Below, in pieces: positions 22,670 to 34,240 of a DNA stretch of 50,290 nt. The translations under genes and the position numbers were made by a program. Source of the stretch: Octopus bimaculoides (taxonomy: Eukaryota); NCBI RefSeq assembly GCF_001194135.2, contig NC_069004.1, positions 13,084,411 to 13,134,700 of the forward strand. The letters run 5' to 3'. Under the pieces are notes generated by a model, which worked only from the letters and a program-made list of their open reading frames with translations, searched no databases and was not told the origin of the DNA. The stretch's first letter is position 1; each line of letters opens with the position of its first letter.

Positions 22670-23031
22670 TATATACATGCTTACTATAGCCTCAGGCTGA
22701 CCAAAATCTTGTGAGTGGATTTCGTACTCGGAAATTGAAAGAAGACTGTCGTATATATGTGTATATTTGTGTATGTGTGTGCCTGTGTCTTGTGTTTATA
22801 CCCCTACCATTGCTTGACAACTGATGTTGCTGTGTTTACATTCCTGTAACTTAGCAGTTTGGTAAAAGCCACTGACAGAATAAGTACTAGGCTTACAAAG
22901 AATAAATCCTGTGGTTGATTTCTTCGACCAACGGTGGTGCTCCACCATGGTCGCTGTCACATGACTGAAACAAGTAAAGCAATAAAAATCTATGCCATTT
23001 TAATCCCGAGCAAGGCCGGGTATCTCTGCTA

Positions 23032-23080
<49 letters not shown>

Positions 23081-23335
23081 TATATGTGTGTGTGTGTGTG
23101 TGTCTTTGTGTCTGTATTTGTCCCCCACATCACTGCTTGACACCAACTGGTTGCTAGTGTGTTTACATCCCTGTAATTTAGCAGTTTGGAAAAGAGACTG
23201 ATAGAATAAGTACCAGGCTTTAAAAAACAAATAAGTACTGGGGTTGATTAATTTGACTAAAATTTCTTCAAAGTGGTGCCCCAGCATGGACGTGGTCTAA
23301 TGACTGAAACAAGTAAAAAGATAAAAAATAAAAGA
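22670..23335 (+). mobile_element. Two SINE family B copies (5'-truncated) separated by (TA)n
   Basis: ctatagcctcaggctgacc...cttgacaac...gaataagtac...atgactgaaacaagtaaa, with the 3' half occurring twice. Confidence 0.8.
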
Positions 23336-23743
23336 TAAATATCATACTATGTTGCATTGCATAGGAATTAATGTCTAGTTTACCATTTTGTATTAAATAA
23401 TTCATCATAGAATATAGGCAGACTTCAGCTTACATTGTTTCAAGTTATGTCTTTTTTGACTTTACATACCTTCAAGAAATCAATAGAAAAAATAAACCTC
23501 AATTTCAAACATAAAATCAGATGAAATTTTAAAAGAACACCCCCACACGCCTAAAAACCAATATTGAAGCGGAAAATCAATTAAAATACCTATGAAAATA
23601 TGTAGAAAACATTTACTAAAACAGACACCCAGCAAACTCTGTAAAATGGTAGTTGGCACTTGGAAGGGCATTCAGCTGTAGAAACCAAACCAAGGCAGAC
23701 GACTGGAGCCTGGTGCAGCTCTGTCACTTACCACCATCTAACC

Positions 23744-23998
23744 TAGTGGTTCTCAACCATTTTTTGTCTGTGTACCCTTTGATTCCTACTTTGCTCTGAT
23801 GGACTGTCGTAACCATCTGATGTTTAAGAAAATCCTTAAATATTTTTATAATTAAATATTATAAGGAATTGTATGAAAAAAACTGTTAAAATATTTTGAG
23901 TATTGTAAAAGTATAACCAATTTATTGCAGATAAATTTTAACAACAAAATCTTACATGGATCCCTAAGGGCCATTTGGACCCTAATTGAGAACCTCTG
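23744..23998 (-). mobile_element. hAT MITE (same family as 7797-8036, opposite orientation) inserted in a (GAT)n-tailed retroelement remnant
   Basis: TIRs tagtggttctcaac / attgagaacctctg; TSD atctaacc / atcttacc. Confidence 0.88.
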
Positions 23999-24405
23999 AT
24001 CTTACCCATGCCAGCATGGAAAATGGATTTTAATAATGATGATGATGATGATGATGATGATGATATAAGCTAATATATGACATCTTTTGAGTCATGTTAT
24101 TTTCAGTGTTAAGTCACATGTCTTGGAAACCATTACTGATGTAAATTGAGGCATGCCTGCAGAGGAAAGAATTAATAAATTGTGAATATATATACACTTA
24201 ATAAACCTACAGTCAACCACACTGTGTAAATAGACCCATTGTTAAATCAGAGGGCAGTCTCTGCAGGTTGAACCTGAGAATACTGAATGGCTATTGTATC
24301 TCATTAAGAGTATCTACTTAAGTTCATCCAACAGCGAGAGAGAGCAATCAAGTGCAATGAGTTAACAGGCGCCAAATTTAATCATTTGTCAATCAGTACA
24401 TTTCC

Positions 24406-24750
24406 TGGTAGAGTCTTTTCCATCACCGTCATTTACACAGCCACTTTTTCCATACTGTTACAGGCTGGATAACATTTCTGGAAGTGATACTCTACGGCTG
24501 GATGCTTTCAATGACATCAACCTTTACTTGGTTAAAAGTTATTTCACTCTACTGGAGTTCACATTCTGTACATTTACTAGGAGAGTCTTTTTCATTATCA
24601 TCGTTTCTACAGCCACTTTTTTTCATACAGTTACAAGCTGGATGAAATTTCTCGAGACAGTATTCTGCAGCTGGGTGCTTTTCCTGACACCAACTTTTAC
24701 ATGATTACAAGTAAAGTTATTTTACTCAACTGAACTTCACATATCAAACT
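24406..24750 (+). repeat. Local tandem duplication, period ~173 bp
   Basis: agagtctttt.cat.a.c.t..tt.tacagccactttt...gttaca.gctggat occurs twice. Confidence 0.75.
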
Positions 24751-25034
24751 ACCAGGCAGTGGGACATAAACACATGTCATTGCTGTCAAAGCTGAGTTAA
24801 TACAAACACATGCGGAGACAAACAAGCAAGCCTACTCACACGTATACATGTATGTGCATATAATTATATAGATGATGGACTTCCATATAGTTTCTACCTC
24901 AAAAAATTTCACACACAAGGTACTGGACAAGCTGAGGCTAGAGTAGAACCCAAAACTACATGATTGTCAAGTGAATTTCTTAACCATACAACCATGTCTG
25001 CACCTATAACTACATGTGTGTGTATTTAATTAAG

Positions 25035-25385
25035 TGGGAGGGTGCATGGCCTAGTGGTTAGAGTGTTGGGATTGGAATCATGAGGTTGTAAGTTTGATTG
25101 CCAGACTGGGCCCTGTCTTTTGTTCTTGAGCAAGACACTTTATTTCATGTTGCTCCAGTTCTCTCAGCTGTAGAAGGAGTTGTGACCATTATTGGTGCCA
25201 AGCTGTATCAGTCTTTGTCTTTCCCTTGGAAAATATTGGTGGCATGGAGAGAGGAGACTGGTATGCAAGGGCAACTGCTGGTTTTCCACAAACAACCTTG
25301 CTCAGACTTGTGCCTCAGAGGGGAACTTTTTAGGTGCAATCCCATGGTGATTTGTGACCGAAGGAGGTCTTTACCCCTTCACCCT
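25035..25385 (+). mobile_element. SINE family C variant with a different 3' half (as at 33525-33870)
   Basis: gggtgcatggcctagtggttagagtg...cttgagcaagacactttatttcatgttgctccag...ttccacaaacaacc...ggtctttacc. Confidence 0.8.
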
Positions 25386-25392
25386 TATATAA

Positions 25393-25627
25393 AACTATTT
25401 AGTAAAATTGACAAAAAGAGTACAGCAAACTTGCTCTGGGGAGTGGAAAATCCAGTGTTTCAGACAGAGTCCTTCATCAGGGAAAGCTGGTGCAGAGGAT
25501 GTAAAACTCTGCTGTCTCATAAATTTCCTCCTGTCAACTTCTTGAATACGGACTGTATGAAATGTTGGATTTTCCAGTCCTCACAACAAGTTCATTGTAT
25601 TCTTTTTATTAGTTTTACTAAATAATA
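25393..25627. mobile_element. Old head-to-head inverted repeat with hammerhead remnants at the inner end of each arm
   Basis: 25461-25396 (minus) versus 25559-25624 (plus): 52/66 identical without gaps. Confidence 0.75.
25450..25484 (-). ncRNA. Degenerate type I hammerhead motif
   Basis: TCC CTGATGA A GGAC-TCT-GTCT GAAAC ACT GGA. Confidence 0.6.
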
Positions 25628-25987
25628 TTAGTCTGCAAATGCTGGCCTACACCAGTCTCTTTGGAGCCTGTTTGATTTGTATAAATAACAATGGATGTTA
25701 ATTACATGGGAAGATCACAGATGGCATGTTCCATATTTTCATTAGTTGTTTTAGATGCCTATGCACTCACAAGCTCATACACACATGGGCTCAGGAATAG
25801 GGGGTACAGGAGATGCAAGTGCACCTTCTAAAATATTTTGTAGGGGTGATGAATGGAACAATGGTAGTGAGAGGTGAAGAAACATATGGGGAATAGGGGT
25901 TCCAGGTCATTAGACCCTTGTTTTCTCTCTTGAAATAATTATAATCCACAGATTGTTTTAAAACAAAGATAGGGCTGTCTCCCTTTA

Positions 25988-26207
25988 TATGAGGGATGCT
26001 GAAAAGTTCCTGCCTTTGGGTAAAAGAAAATACAAGAGGACCAGTTAATTATGATTTTAATGAACATATTCCCCTTTCAGATTTATACACACTTATTGCA
26101 GTGGTCCTTTAGTTTTTCTAAGCCCCGTAAAAGAACTTGGAAGGTTGGGCCTCCAACCAGGCCTTTTGTGATATCCTTAAAGCCAGGAACTTTTCAGCAC
26201 CCCCTCA
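25988..26207 (-). mobile_element. Mariner-derived MITE retaining the transposase C-terminus
   Basis: TIRs tatgagggatgctgaaaagttcc / ggaacttttcagcacccctc; minus strand reads LEKLKDHCNKCV..KGEYV. Confidence 0.85.
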
Positions 26208-26799
26208 CACACACACACACAGATATACATATGCATGTGTGTGTGTGTGTGAGCAAAAAACAAAGGATAGTAATGGTTATGGCATTGTAGTAATAGTTGT
26301 AGTAGTAGTAACTGTTGTCTTGGTGGTGATGTTGTGTGACAGTACCAGCAGCAGTATCTCAGAGTCTTCTCCAGACAAAACAGCCAGTGTTTGGTGTTTT
26401 TAAAGGAAATATATTCTTGACAGAAGGAATTTCAGCTTTTATTTTGTTATTTTGTTTTATTTTGTTGTTGTTGTTGGTTTGCTTTTGTATGTTCTTATAT
26501 ATTTTAGTTTTATTTTATTTTATTTCTAGAATGCTTGTAGTTTCTTTTTTTTTTTGTTTTGAAAACATTGCTAAATATAGCCAGCAGCAGCACCACCACC
26601 ACCACCACCACCATCAACACCAAATTCACCATCAAACCCACCAGTGTCCCCTCCAACACCATAATCATGTGTGGAATGCAGATTGTCGCCAGAAAGGAAA
26701 TGGAGCAGAAAAGATTACTGCCCCCACCTCACTGCTGATATAGAGGCAGTGATTAAGTTGCTGGACTATTGAAACGATAGATCGAGGGTTCAAACCTAA

Positions 26800-27330
26800 C
26801 CACATCCACTGAAGTATGTTTTTTTAGTGATACTAATCTGTTAAAGACATGAAATGCTACTAAGCATTTTGGCCAGTGTACTAACGGTTCTTCTAGCTTA
26901 CAGTTTAAAGAAGGAATAGTAATAATAATAATCCTTCCTACTATAGGCACAAGGCCTGAAATTTTAGGGGAAGGAGATAAGTTGTTTACATTGACCCCAG
27001 TATTCAACAGGTACTTATTTTATTGACCCTGAAAGGATGAAAGGCAAAGTTGACCTTCGTGGAATTTGAACTCAGAACATAGCGGCAGACAAAATACTAA
27101 GCATTTTGCCCGTCGTGCTAACAATTCTGCCAGCTCACTGCCTTAATGATGATGATGATGATGATGATGATGACGATGATGATAATAATCCTTTCTACAG
27201 TAGGCACAAGGCCTGAAATTTTGGGGGAGGGAGTGAGTTGATCACATCGACCCCAGTACTTGACTGGTACTTAATTTATCGACCCTGAAAGGATGAAAGG
27301 CCAAATTGACCTGGATGGAATTTGAACCCA
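26800..27330 (-). mobile_element. Cluster of three SINE family A copies with (AAT)n/(GAT)n spacers
   Basis: Reverse complement of the family A consensus, repeated. Confidence 0.8.
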
Positions 27331-28504
27331 GAATTTTATGTCACTGGTATGGGTGTCTTTTATGTGTCACTGGCACAGGTGCCTTTTACATGTCACCAGA
27401 AGTGGCCATGACCATGATTTCACTTAGCTTGACATGTCTTCTCAAGCGGAGCAAATCACCAAAAGTCTTGGTCACTTGTCATTGCCTTTGTGAGACTCAA
27501 CAGCAGAAGATCCATTTCACCACTTTGTCCCATGACATCCTGGGTCTACCTCTTCCGCAGGTTCCCTCCACAGTTAGAGATGGGCACTTCTTTACGCAGC
27601 AGTCCTCATCCATACACATCACACGATAATACCAGTGCAGTCTTCTCTCTTGCACAAAGCATTGCATTTGACAGAGTAATATGAATGCTAAAGAGTTAAA
27701 CAACAATGTCTGCCCCGCTTTCTAATCTTCCTATTCTCCTTTCATGTTAAACACTTATGTTATTCCAACGTTACACATTCTGGTTAAAAGACAGTGTCAT
27801 ATGTACTTGGTGGATGGTGCCTGCAGTAAAATTTAACCATAGAAGACTGTGTGGTTTGATTATGTGTCTGTGATTATTGGATCTTGAAGAATAGAATATA
27901 AAAATAAGACACACAAATAGATGCAGCATTGAAGATCTATTCTTTCAGGGCCTAGAACAGCAAGGTGAGCCAAACAGGGATCTGCTATGTGGTCCCTTAA
28001 CCTGCTGATGCAATAGCCAAATTTTTCTCAAATTGCATCCTATTGTTTTATACAAAGAAGGATACATTTAAGATGTAAAAAAACAAAATTTGACTTAGCC
28101 ACAACTGAAATGGTTTTGCGCATATGTTTATTCAATCAGGGCTTGCCTGGAGCTAAACCTCACCCTCCACAATAACAATGCTACTACTGCTACTATGAAT
28201 AACAAACAATGATGGTACACCCCACCAGACACACACACACGCACACTATACATAGCACCAAACCCATGCTTGCATAGAAAAACAGATATATGATGATGAC
28301 GACGATGGTGATGACATACTAGGATATATGCACAAACATTCATACATAAGTACATTAGCACAGCTGGAGCTTCTAACATCTTTAGCAGCAATAGGTTAAG
28401 TAGTGTGCATGTATGCAATAGGATAAATAGTGTATGCATGCACACATGTGCATGCATGCAATTTAAGATTTTGGATTCTTCAAAAATAGCCAGAACCTTA
28501 TGAT

Positions 28505-28800
28505 ATCTACAGTTTTATATTTAAGAGATGAGGAATTATGTACATTATTTACAATTGACAGATATTTGTCCTCATCTTGTTTGTTGTTAACACGTTTCGG
28601 CTATTATACCCTCCAGCCTTCATCAGGTGTCTTGGGGGAAATTTCGAACCTGGGTTCTCATTCCTAAGGTATTTTTCAATGTTGTTGTTGTTATTATTAT
28701 TATTATTATTATTATTCAGGTCACTGCCTGGAATCGAACTTGGAATCTTGGGGTTACTAGCCAGCGCTCTTAACCACTATGCCATATGCCCGTGGGCAAT
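28505..28800 (-). mobile_element. tRNA-headed element carrying an internal hammerhead ribozyme motif
   Basis: A box TGGCATAGTGG (28774-28784), B box GTTCGATTCC (28730-28739), (AAT/AAC)n, then HHR at 28589-28631. Confidence 0.8.
28589..28631 (-). ncRNA. Hammerhead motif lacking the cleavage triplet (likely inactive copy)
   Basis: GACAC CTGATGA A GGCT-12nt-AGCC GAAAC GTGTT; stems I and II pair but no GUH lies between GAAAC and stem I. Confidence 0.7.
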
Positions 28801-28807
28801 TAGAGAG

Positions 28808-28848
28808 TGAATTTTAGGGCTTATTAGAATTATAAGCCCTAAAATTCA
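28808..28848. repeat. Perfect 17-bp inverted repeat (7-nt loop) immediately upstream of the tRNA-HHR element
   Basis: tgaattttagggcttat tagaatt ataagccctaaaattca. Confidence 0.95.
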
Positions 28849-29419
28849 GGTGTAGCCATCTGGTTCACCAGTCCCCAGTCAAATCGTCCAACCCATGCTA
28901 GCATGGAAAGCGGACGTTAAATGAGGATGATGATGATGATGAACAAAATGACAGTGAGACATTTATCATTGTAATTTTGAAGAGGGAAACAGTCATTCTA
29001 AATAATTTTACTGACTAGTTAACCAGGATGTAATGTATCAAATAAAAATGTCCATTATTCCTTAAAAAAAGGCAGAGAAGATAATTTCCTTGTGAATGCA
29101 TGTTTGAAGAAGGTTTTGAGTTTCTCTAGCATTTACCACCAGTATTTACCACCAGCAAAATCTGCTATTTATGGCACAGTTCTAATATGACAATTTTCTA
29201 TTATTATGCTTTTTTTTTTTTTGTTTTTACAAAAAGGAAATTGAGATCTAATTCTTATTCAAAGCTAAGTCTGAGTAGGTCACGGCACAGGGTTTCATGT
29301 TTCTGATCTTCAGGCAATTTAATCTTTATTCAATGACCCTTTCCTGTTACATCTGAAAAGTAGTTTGCAAGATTAAGTACAGATATCTATTGCAACACTT
29401 AGCTCTTTTATACATCACC

Positions 29420-29466
29420 ATCATCATTAACTTTATCATTATCACCATTATTAACTCTCTTCATGA

Positions 29467-29513
<47 letters not shown>

Positions 29514-29947
29514 ATTAAGGTGGCAAGCTGGCAGAATCGTTAGCATGCTGGAAAAAATGCTTAGCAGTGTTGTTCATCTTTATATTCTGAGTTTGAATTC
29601 TGCTGAGGTCAACTTTGCCTTTCATCCTTTTGGGAATACTGGGGTCAGTGTAATTGATTTACTCCCTCCTCCCAAACTTGCTAGTCTTGTGCCAAAATTT
29701 GAAACCATTTGGCAACCTGCCAGAACCATTAGTGTGCTGGACAAAATGCTTAGAGGATTTTGTCCATCTATATATTTTGAGTTGAAATCCTGCTGAGGTT
29801 GACTTTGTCTTTCTTCCTTTCAGGGTTGATAAAATAGGTACCAGTTGAGCTCTGGGATAGATGTAATTGACTTACTCCCTCCTCCCAAACTTGCAGGCCA
29901 TGCGCCAAAATTTGAAATCATCATCATCATCATTATTGTTATTATTA

Positions 29948-29982
<35 letters not shown>

Positions 29983-30140
29983 AGGCAACAAGTTGGCAGA
30001 ATCATTAGCATGCTGGGCAAAATGTTTAGCAGCATTTCATTTGTTAGTTCAAATTCCACTGACATTGACTTTCATCCTTTTGGGGAGTCAATGAAATAAG
30101 TACCAGTTGTGTATTAGGGTTGCTGTAATTGACTATCCCC
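29420..30140 (+). mobile_element. (ATT)n followed by three tandem SINE family A copies
   Basis: Heads ggtggcaagctggcagaatc at ~29519, ~29710 and ~29984. Confidence 0.85.
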
Positions 30141-30199
30141 CTCCTCCTGCTTATATGACAATGTTACCCATTAACAACCATCATGTAATGTCAAAACAA

Positions 30200-30380
30200 G
30201 GAACACACACCTACATATATATGATGGGCTTCATTCACTTTCCATCTACCAAATCCACTCACAAAACTTTGGTCAATACAGGGTTTGTAATGCAAGATAC
30301 TTGCCCAAGGTACCACCCAATAGGACTGAACCCAAACTGTTTGGTTGGGAGCCAAACTTCTTAACCACAAACAATAAAAA
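30200..30380 (-). mobile_element. SINE family B 5' part
   Basis: Reverse complement tggttaagaagtttggctccc...ggttcagtcc...accttgggcaagt. Confidence 0.7.
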
Positions 30381-30844
30381 TGATTAGCCACAGAGAACAA
30401 AAAGATTGAACATTTTGCAATGGAGCAGACTGACTAATACAAGTGTACAAGATTAAATTTTGGGTGTGATATATCCAGACAAGTGATAGAAGTAAGATTA
30501 AGAATTAAGAAACATATGGTGTATGTCAATAGTCATTTTCTTCTTATTCCTTAAAAACCATTCTTTCTGGAATGTTCAGATTTCTTCCGTAAGAAAAATA
30601 CATTAACCAAATGTGTAAATTGATAAACCCACTGACTAATTTAAATGATAAACTCTGTAAGACCTCTTGATCCAGAGGATTATGAGGTGTGGCTTATGAA
30701 GCTGATGCTCATTGTCCTCATCTGATTAGATTCAGGAAGAGTTATGCCACTTGTGAGTGATGGGATAAAATTGAATACATAGCCTGGGTAAGAAACCAGT
30801 TCTTTTACAGGTAACATCCCCATCCACAGCTAATCTTTGCTAGG

Positions 30845-31140
30845 GACCTTTGATTTGACGGGCAACATTTTTTTATGTAGTGTTTTTGGTACCGAAACAC
30901 TTTCAAACTTCGTATACTTGTATATTTTGTGGTATAGAACAGATAAAAAATTTTGTATTCAAAGTTATTTCACGTTAAAAATTGTCTTATTTCAATAATT
31001 TCAACTAATCACTGACGTCTATTCAGTTGAATACAGTTAGCGCTGTAACGGTGTATATGGTATTAATCCCCGTTAGTTCTGACATTTCCGATTAACTAGA
31101 CTGTTCGTAAACAAAGGGGAAAAAGCCATCAAAATACTTG
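30845..31140. mobile_element. CpG-rich young interspersed repeat, probably a non-autonomous DNA element, cut off by the gap
   Basis: Abrupt CpG enrichment; sequence recalled as a common octopus repeat; no TIR pair visible here. Confidence 0.35.
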
Positions 31141-31167
31141 AATATTGCCTGCACTTGTTATTGGAGC

Positions 31168-32090
31168 NNNNNNNNNNNNNNNNNNNNNNNNNNNNNNNNN
31201 NNNNNNNNNNNNNNNNNNNNNNNNNNNNNNNNNNNNNNNNNNNNNNNNNNNNNNNNNNNNNNNNNNNNNNNNNNNNNNNNNNNNNNNNNNNNNNNNNNNN
31301 NNNNNNNNNNNNNNNNNNNNNNNNNNNNNNNNNNNNNNNNNNNNNNNNNNNNNNNNNNNNNNNNNNNNNNNNNNNNNNNNNNNNNNNNNNNNNNNNNNNN
31401 NNNNNNNNNNNNNNNNNNNNNNNNNNNNNNNNNNNNNNNNNNNNNNNNNNNNNNNNNNNNNNNNNNNNNNNNNNNNNNNNNNNNNNNNNNNNNNNNNNNN
31501 NNNNNNNNNNNNNNNNNNNNNNNNNNNNNNNNNNNNNNNNNNNNNNNNNNNNNNNNNNNNNNNNNNNNNNNNNNNNNNNNNNNNNNNNNNNNNNNNNNNN
31601 NNNNNNNNNNNNNNNNNNNNNNNNNNNNNNNNNNNNNNNNNNNNNNNNNNNNNNNNNNNNNNNNNNNNNNNNNNNNNNNNNNNNNNNNNNNNNNNNNNNN
31701 NNNNNNNNNNNNNNNNNNNNNNNNNNNNNNNNNNNNNNNNNNNNNNNNNNNNNNNNNNNNNNNNNNNNNNNNNNNNNNNNNNNNNNNNNNNNNNNNNNNN
31801 NNNNNNNNNNNNNNNNNNNNNNNNNNNNNNNNNNNNNNNNNNNNNNNNNNNNNNNNNNNNNNNNNNNNNNNNNNNNNNNNNNNNNNNNNNNNNNNNNNNN
31901 NNNNNNNNNNNNNNNNNNNNNNNNNNNNNNNNNNNNNNNNNNNNNNNNNNNNNNNNNNNNNNNNNNNNNNNNNNNNNNNNNNNNNNNNNNNNNNNNNNNN
32001 NNNNNNNNNNNNNNNNNNNNNNNNNNNNNNNNNNNNNNNNNNNNNNNNNNNNNNNNNNNNNNNNNNNNNNNNNNNNNNNNNNNNNNNNNN
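31168..32090. other. Assembly gap
   Basis: N run. Confidence 1.
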
Positions 32091-32209
32091 AGAGAGAGAG
32101 AGAGAGTGAGAGTGAGAGAGAGTGAGGAAGAGATAAAGGAAAGACTGAAGAAAGACAAAAAGAAAAAGTTTCACTCCACACAAACATACTGCTGCTATCA
32201 CCATCACTG

Positions 32210-32240
<31 letters not shown>

Positions 32241-32621
32241 AACTATTTATCCTTTGCACTATGACAGAGGGAAAGAGAGGGAGGGAGGGAGGAAAAGAGG
32301 ATTAAAAATTGACACTACAGCTCACTTTCTGCTCTACATCATCTCAGTAGCCATTATGAGGGAGATTTGGTTACCATTTCTCAAAACAAGTGTTAAAATA
32401 TTCTGTGATGTGGTGAATAATAGAATAATAGTCTATACAGGTTTGTGGGTGCTTGTTTCTTTAGTTTCTAAATACAAATCAAGGAAACAGACAAACACAA
32501 ACACACACACACACAGCAGGCTATTGAAAATCTCCATGTATCAAATTTCATTCACAAGGTATTGGTCAATTCAATGTTATACGTTATAAAACACATGGCT
32601 AAGATATTTATTCCACAGCGA

Positions 32622-33104
32622 GATTGTTAAAAAATATATATTAGTAACAGATGTTACTAAATAATGTTAGTAAAATATATTTTGTTAAAAAATATATATT
32701 AGTATTAATACTGAGAGGTAATATTTATCCCCACTTAAACCTGGATGTTCTGTTAGAACAAACTATACTGCTGTGGTTACCATGAGAGAAACTCTCATAT
32801 TGACTTTTGGTGCATAATGCACTCTTGTTTATATCACTAGTGGGGTGATAAATCCCTACACAGAGACCACCAGGTACTGTAATTTCGACCTTCTGACCTT
32901 CCTTGGTTTCATCACTGATGGACGCTTGATCACTATAGAAAACAGTGACTCATCTCCCCACCGGGGATTTATAGAATAACAGCACCAGAACAGTGAGATT
33001 AGCCACTGGGATTGTTAAAAATATATATTAGTGAGAGAGGCAGTATTAATACAGAGAGGTAATATTTACCCCCACTTAAACATGGATGTTCTGTTAGAAC
33101 AAAC
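32622..33104 (+). repeat. 341-bp unit bounded by ~63-85 bp direct repeats
   Basis: 32701-32763 versus 33042-33104 differ at 3 positions; gattgttaaaaa(a)tatatattag precedes both. Confidence 0.85.
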
Positions 33105-33524
33105 CATGGGTAACATTTAAGTGAGAATAACTATTCCACAGTGGGGTTGAACCTAAAACCAGATGGCTGCAAAGCAAACTTGTCAACCACACAGCTAGCC
33201 AATCGCAGGTCTGCTTGAACAGGGCTGACCTTGGACTAAACAACAACATGGAGGAACTGTACTTAAAATAACCATAATATTGCACTGTATTATCTTCTAA
33301 TGTGTTATGTAATACAATGAGTAAAGCTATATGATATGAGGCTAAGAGGTTCAAAAGAGAGAGAGAGTTAAGGAGTGTTTAATGGAAGGACGGAGATAGC
33401 TTGCAAATAAATGTTATTAATATGAAAAGAAAAGATTACCACATTTATATCTGATAGCATGGGTTTGCAAAACCGTCATAGATAACCCAAATGTATGTAT
33501 GTATGTATGTATGTATGTATGTGA

Positions 33525-33870
33525 AGGCACATGGCTCAGTGGTTAGAGTGTCAGGTTTACAATCATGAGGTTTTGGGTTCAATTTCTGGACTGGGTTGTG
33601 TGTTGTGTTCTTGAGCAAGACACTTTATTTTACATGGTTGTTCCAGTTTATTCAGCTGTAGAAATGAGCTGTGATGTCACTGGTGCTAAACTGTATTGGC
33701 CTTTGCCTTTCTCTTGGACAACATTGGTAGTGTGGAGAGGGGAAACTAGTATGCATGGGTGATTGCTGGTCTTCCACAAACAACCCTGCCTAGACTTGAG
33801 CCTCAGAGGGGAACTTTCTAGGTTCAATTCCATGATCATTTATGACCAAAGGGGGTCTTTACTCTTTTAC
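33525..33870 (+). mobile_element. SINE family C variant
   Basis: Homologous to 25035-25385. Confidence 0.85.
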
Positions 33871-34069
33871 CCTTTATGTATGTATGTATGTACGTACATA
33901 CACATGTGTGTGTGTGTGTGTGTGTGTGTGTTTGGGTGTTTGTGTACAGGGTGTCCATGAACTTTAAAAATTCGGGAAAAAAAACCCCAGGTAACTCAGC
34001 AGTTGCATGTAACCAATGGAGCACATGTGGAAGTGTTCTCATGTTTCTAAGAAAACTTGGTTTATTTTT

Positions 34070-34240
34070 TATCCTTTACTTGTTTCAGTCATTAAACTAT
34101 GGCCATACTGGGGCACATCTTGAAGAAATTTAGTTGGAAGAATAGACCCCAGTATCTATTCATTTTCAAGTATGGTACTTATTCTATCAGTCTCTTTTGC
34201 CAAACCATTAAGCTATGAGAACATAAACACACCAACACCA
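34070..34240 (-). mobile_element. SINE family B 3' half
   Basis: tttacttgtttcagtcatt...tacttattctatc. Confidence 0.7.

Noticed and set aside
23471-23551. 81-nt open minus-strand exon candidate
   Set aside because: Hydrophobic translation typical of T-rich noncoding DNA; no homology.
28720-28790. tRNA gene
   Set aside because: A and B boxes are present but there is no clean cloverleaf, and the segment continues into a repeat body; treated as a SINE-type head, like the other tRNA-like heads.
29250-29352. Minus-strand acceptor followed by IKIKLPEDQKHETLCRDLLRLSFE
   Set aside because: Stops in all three frames right after the acceptor, no donor, and no recognisable homology.
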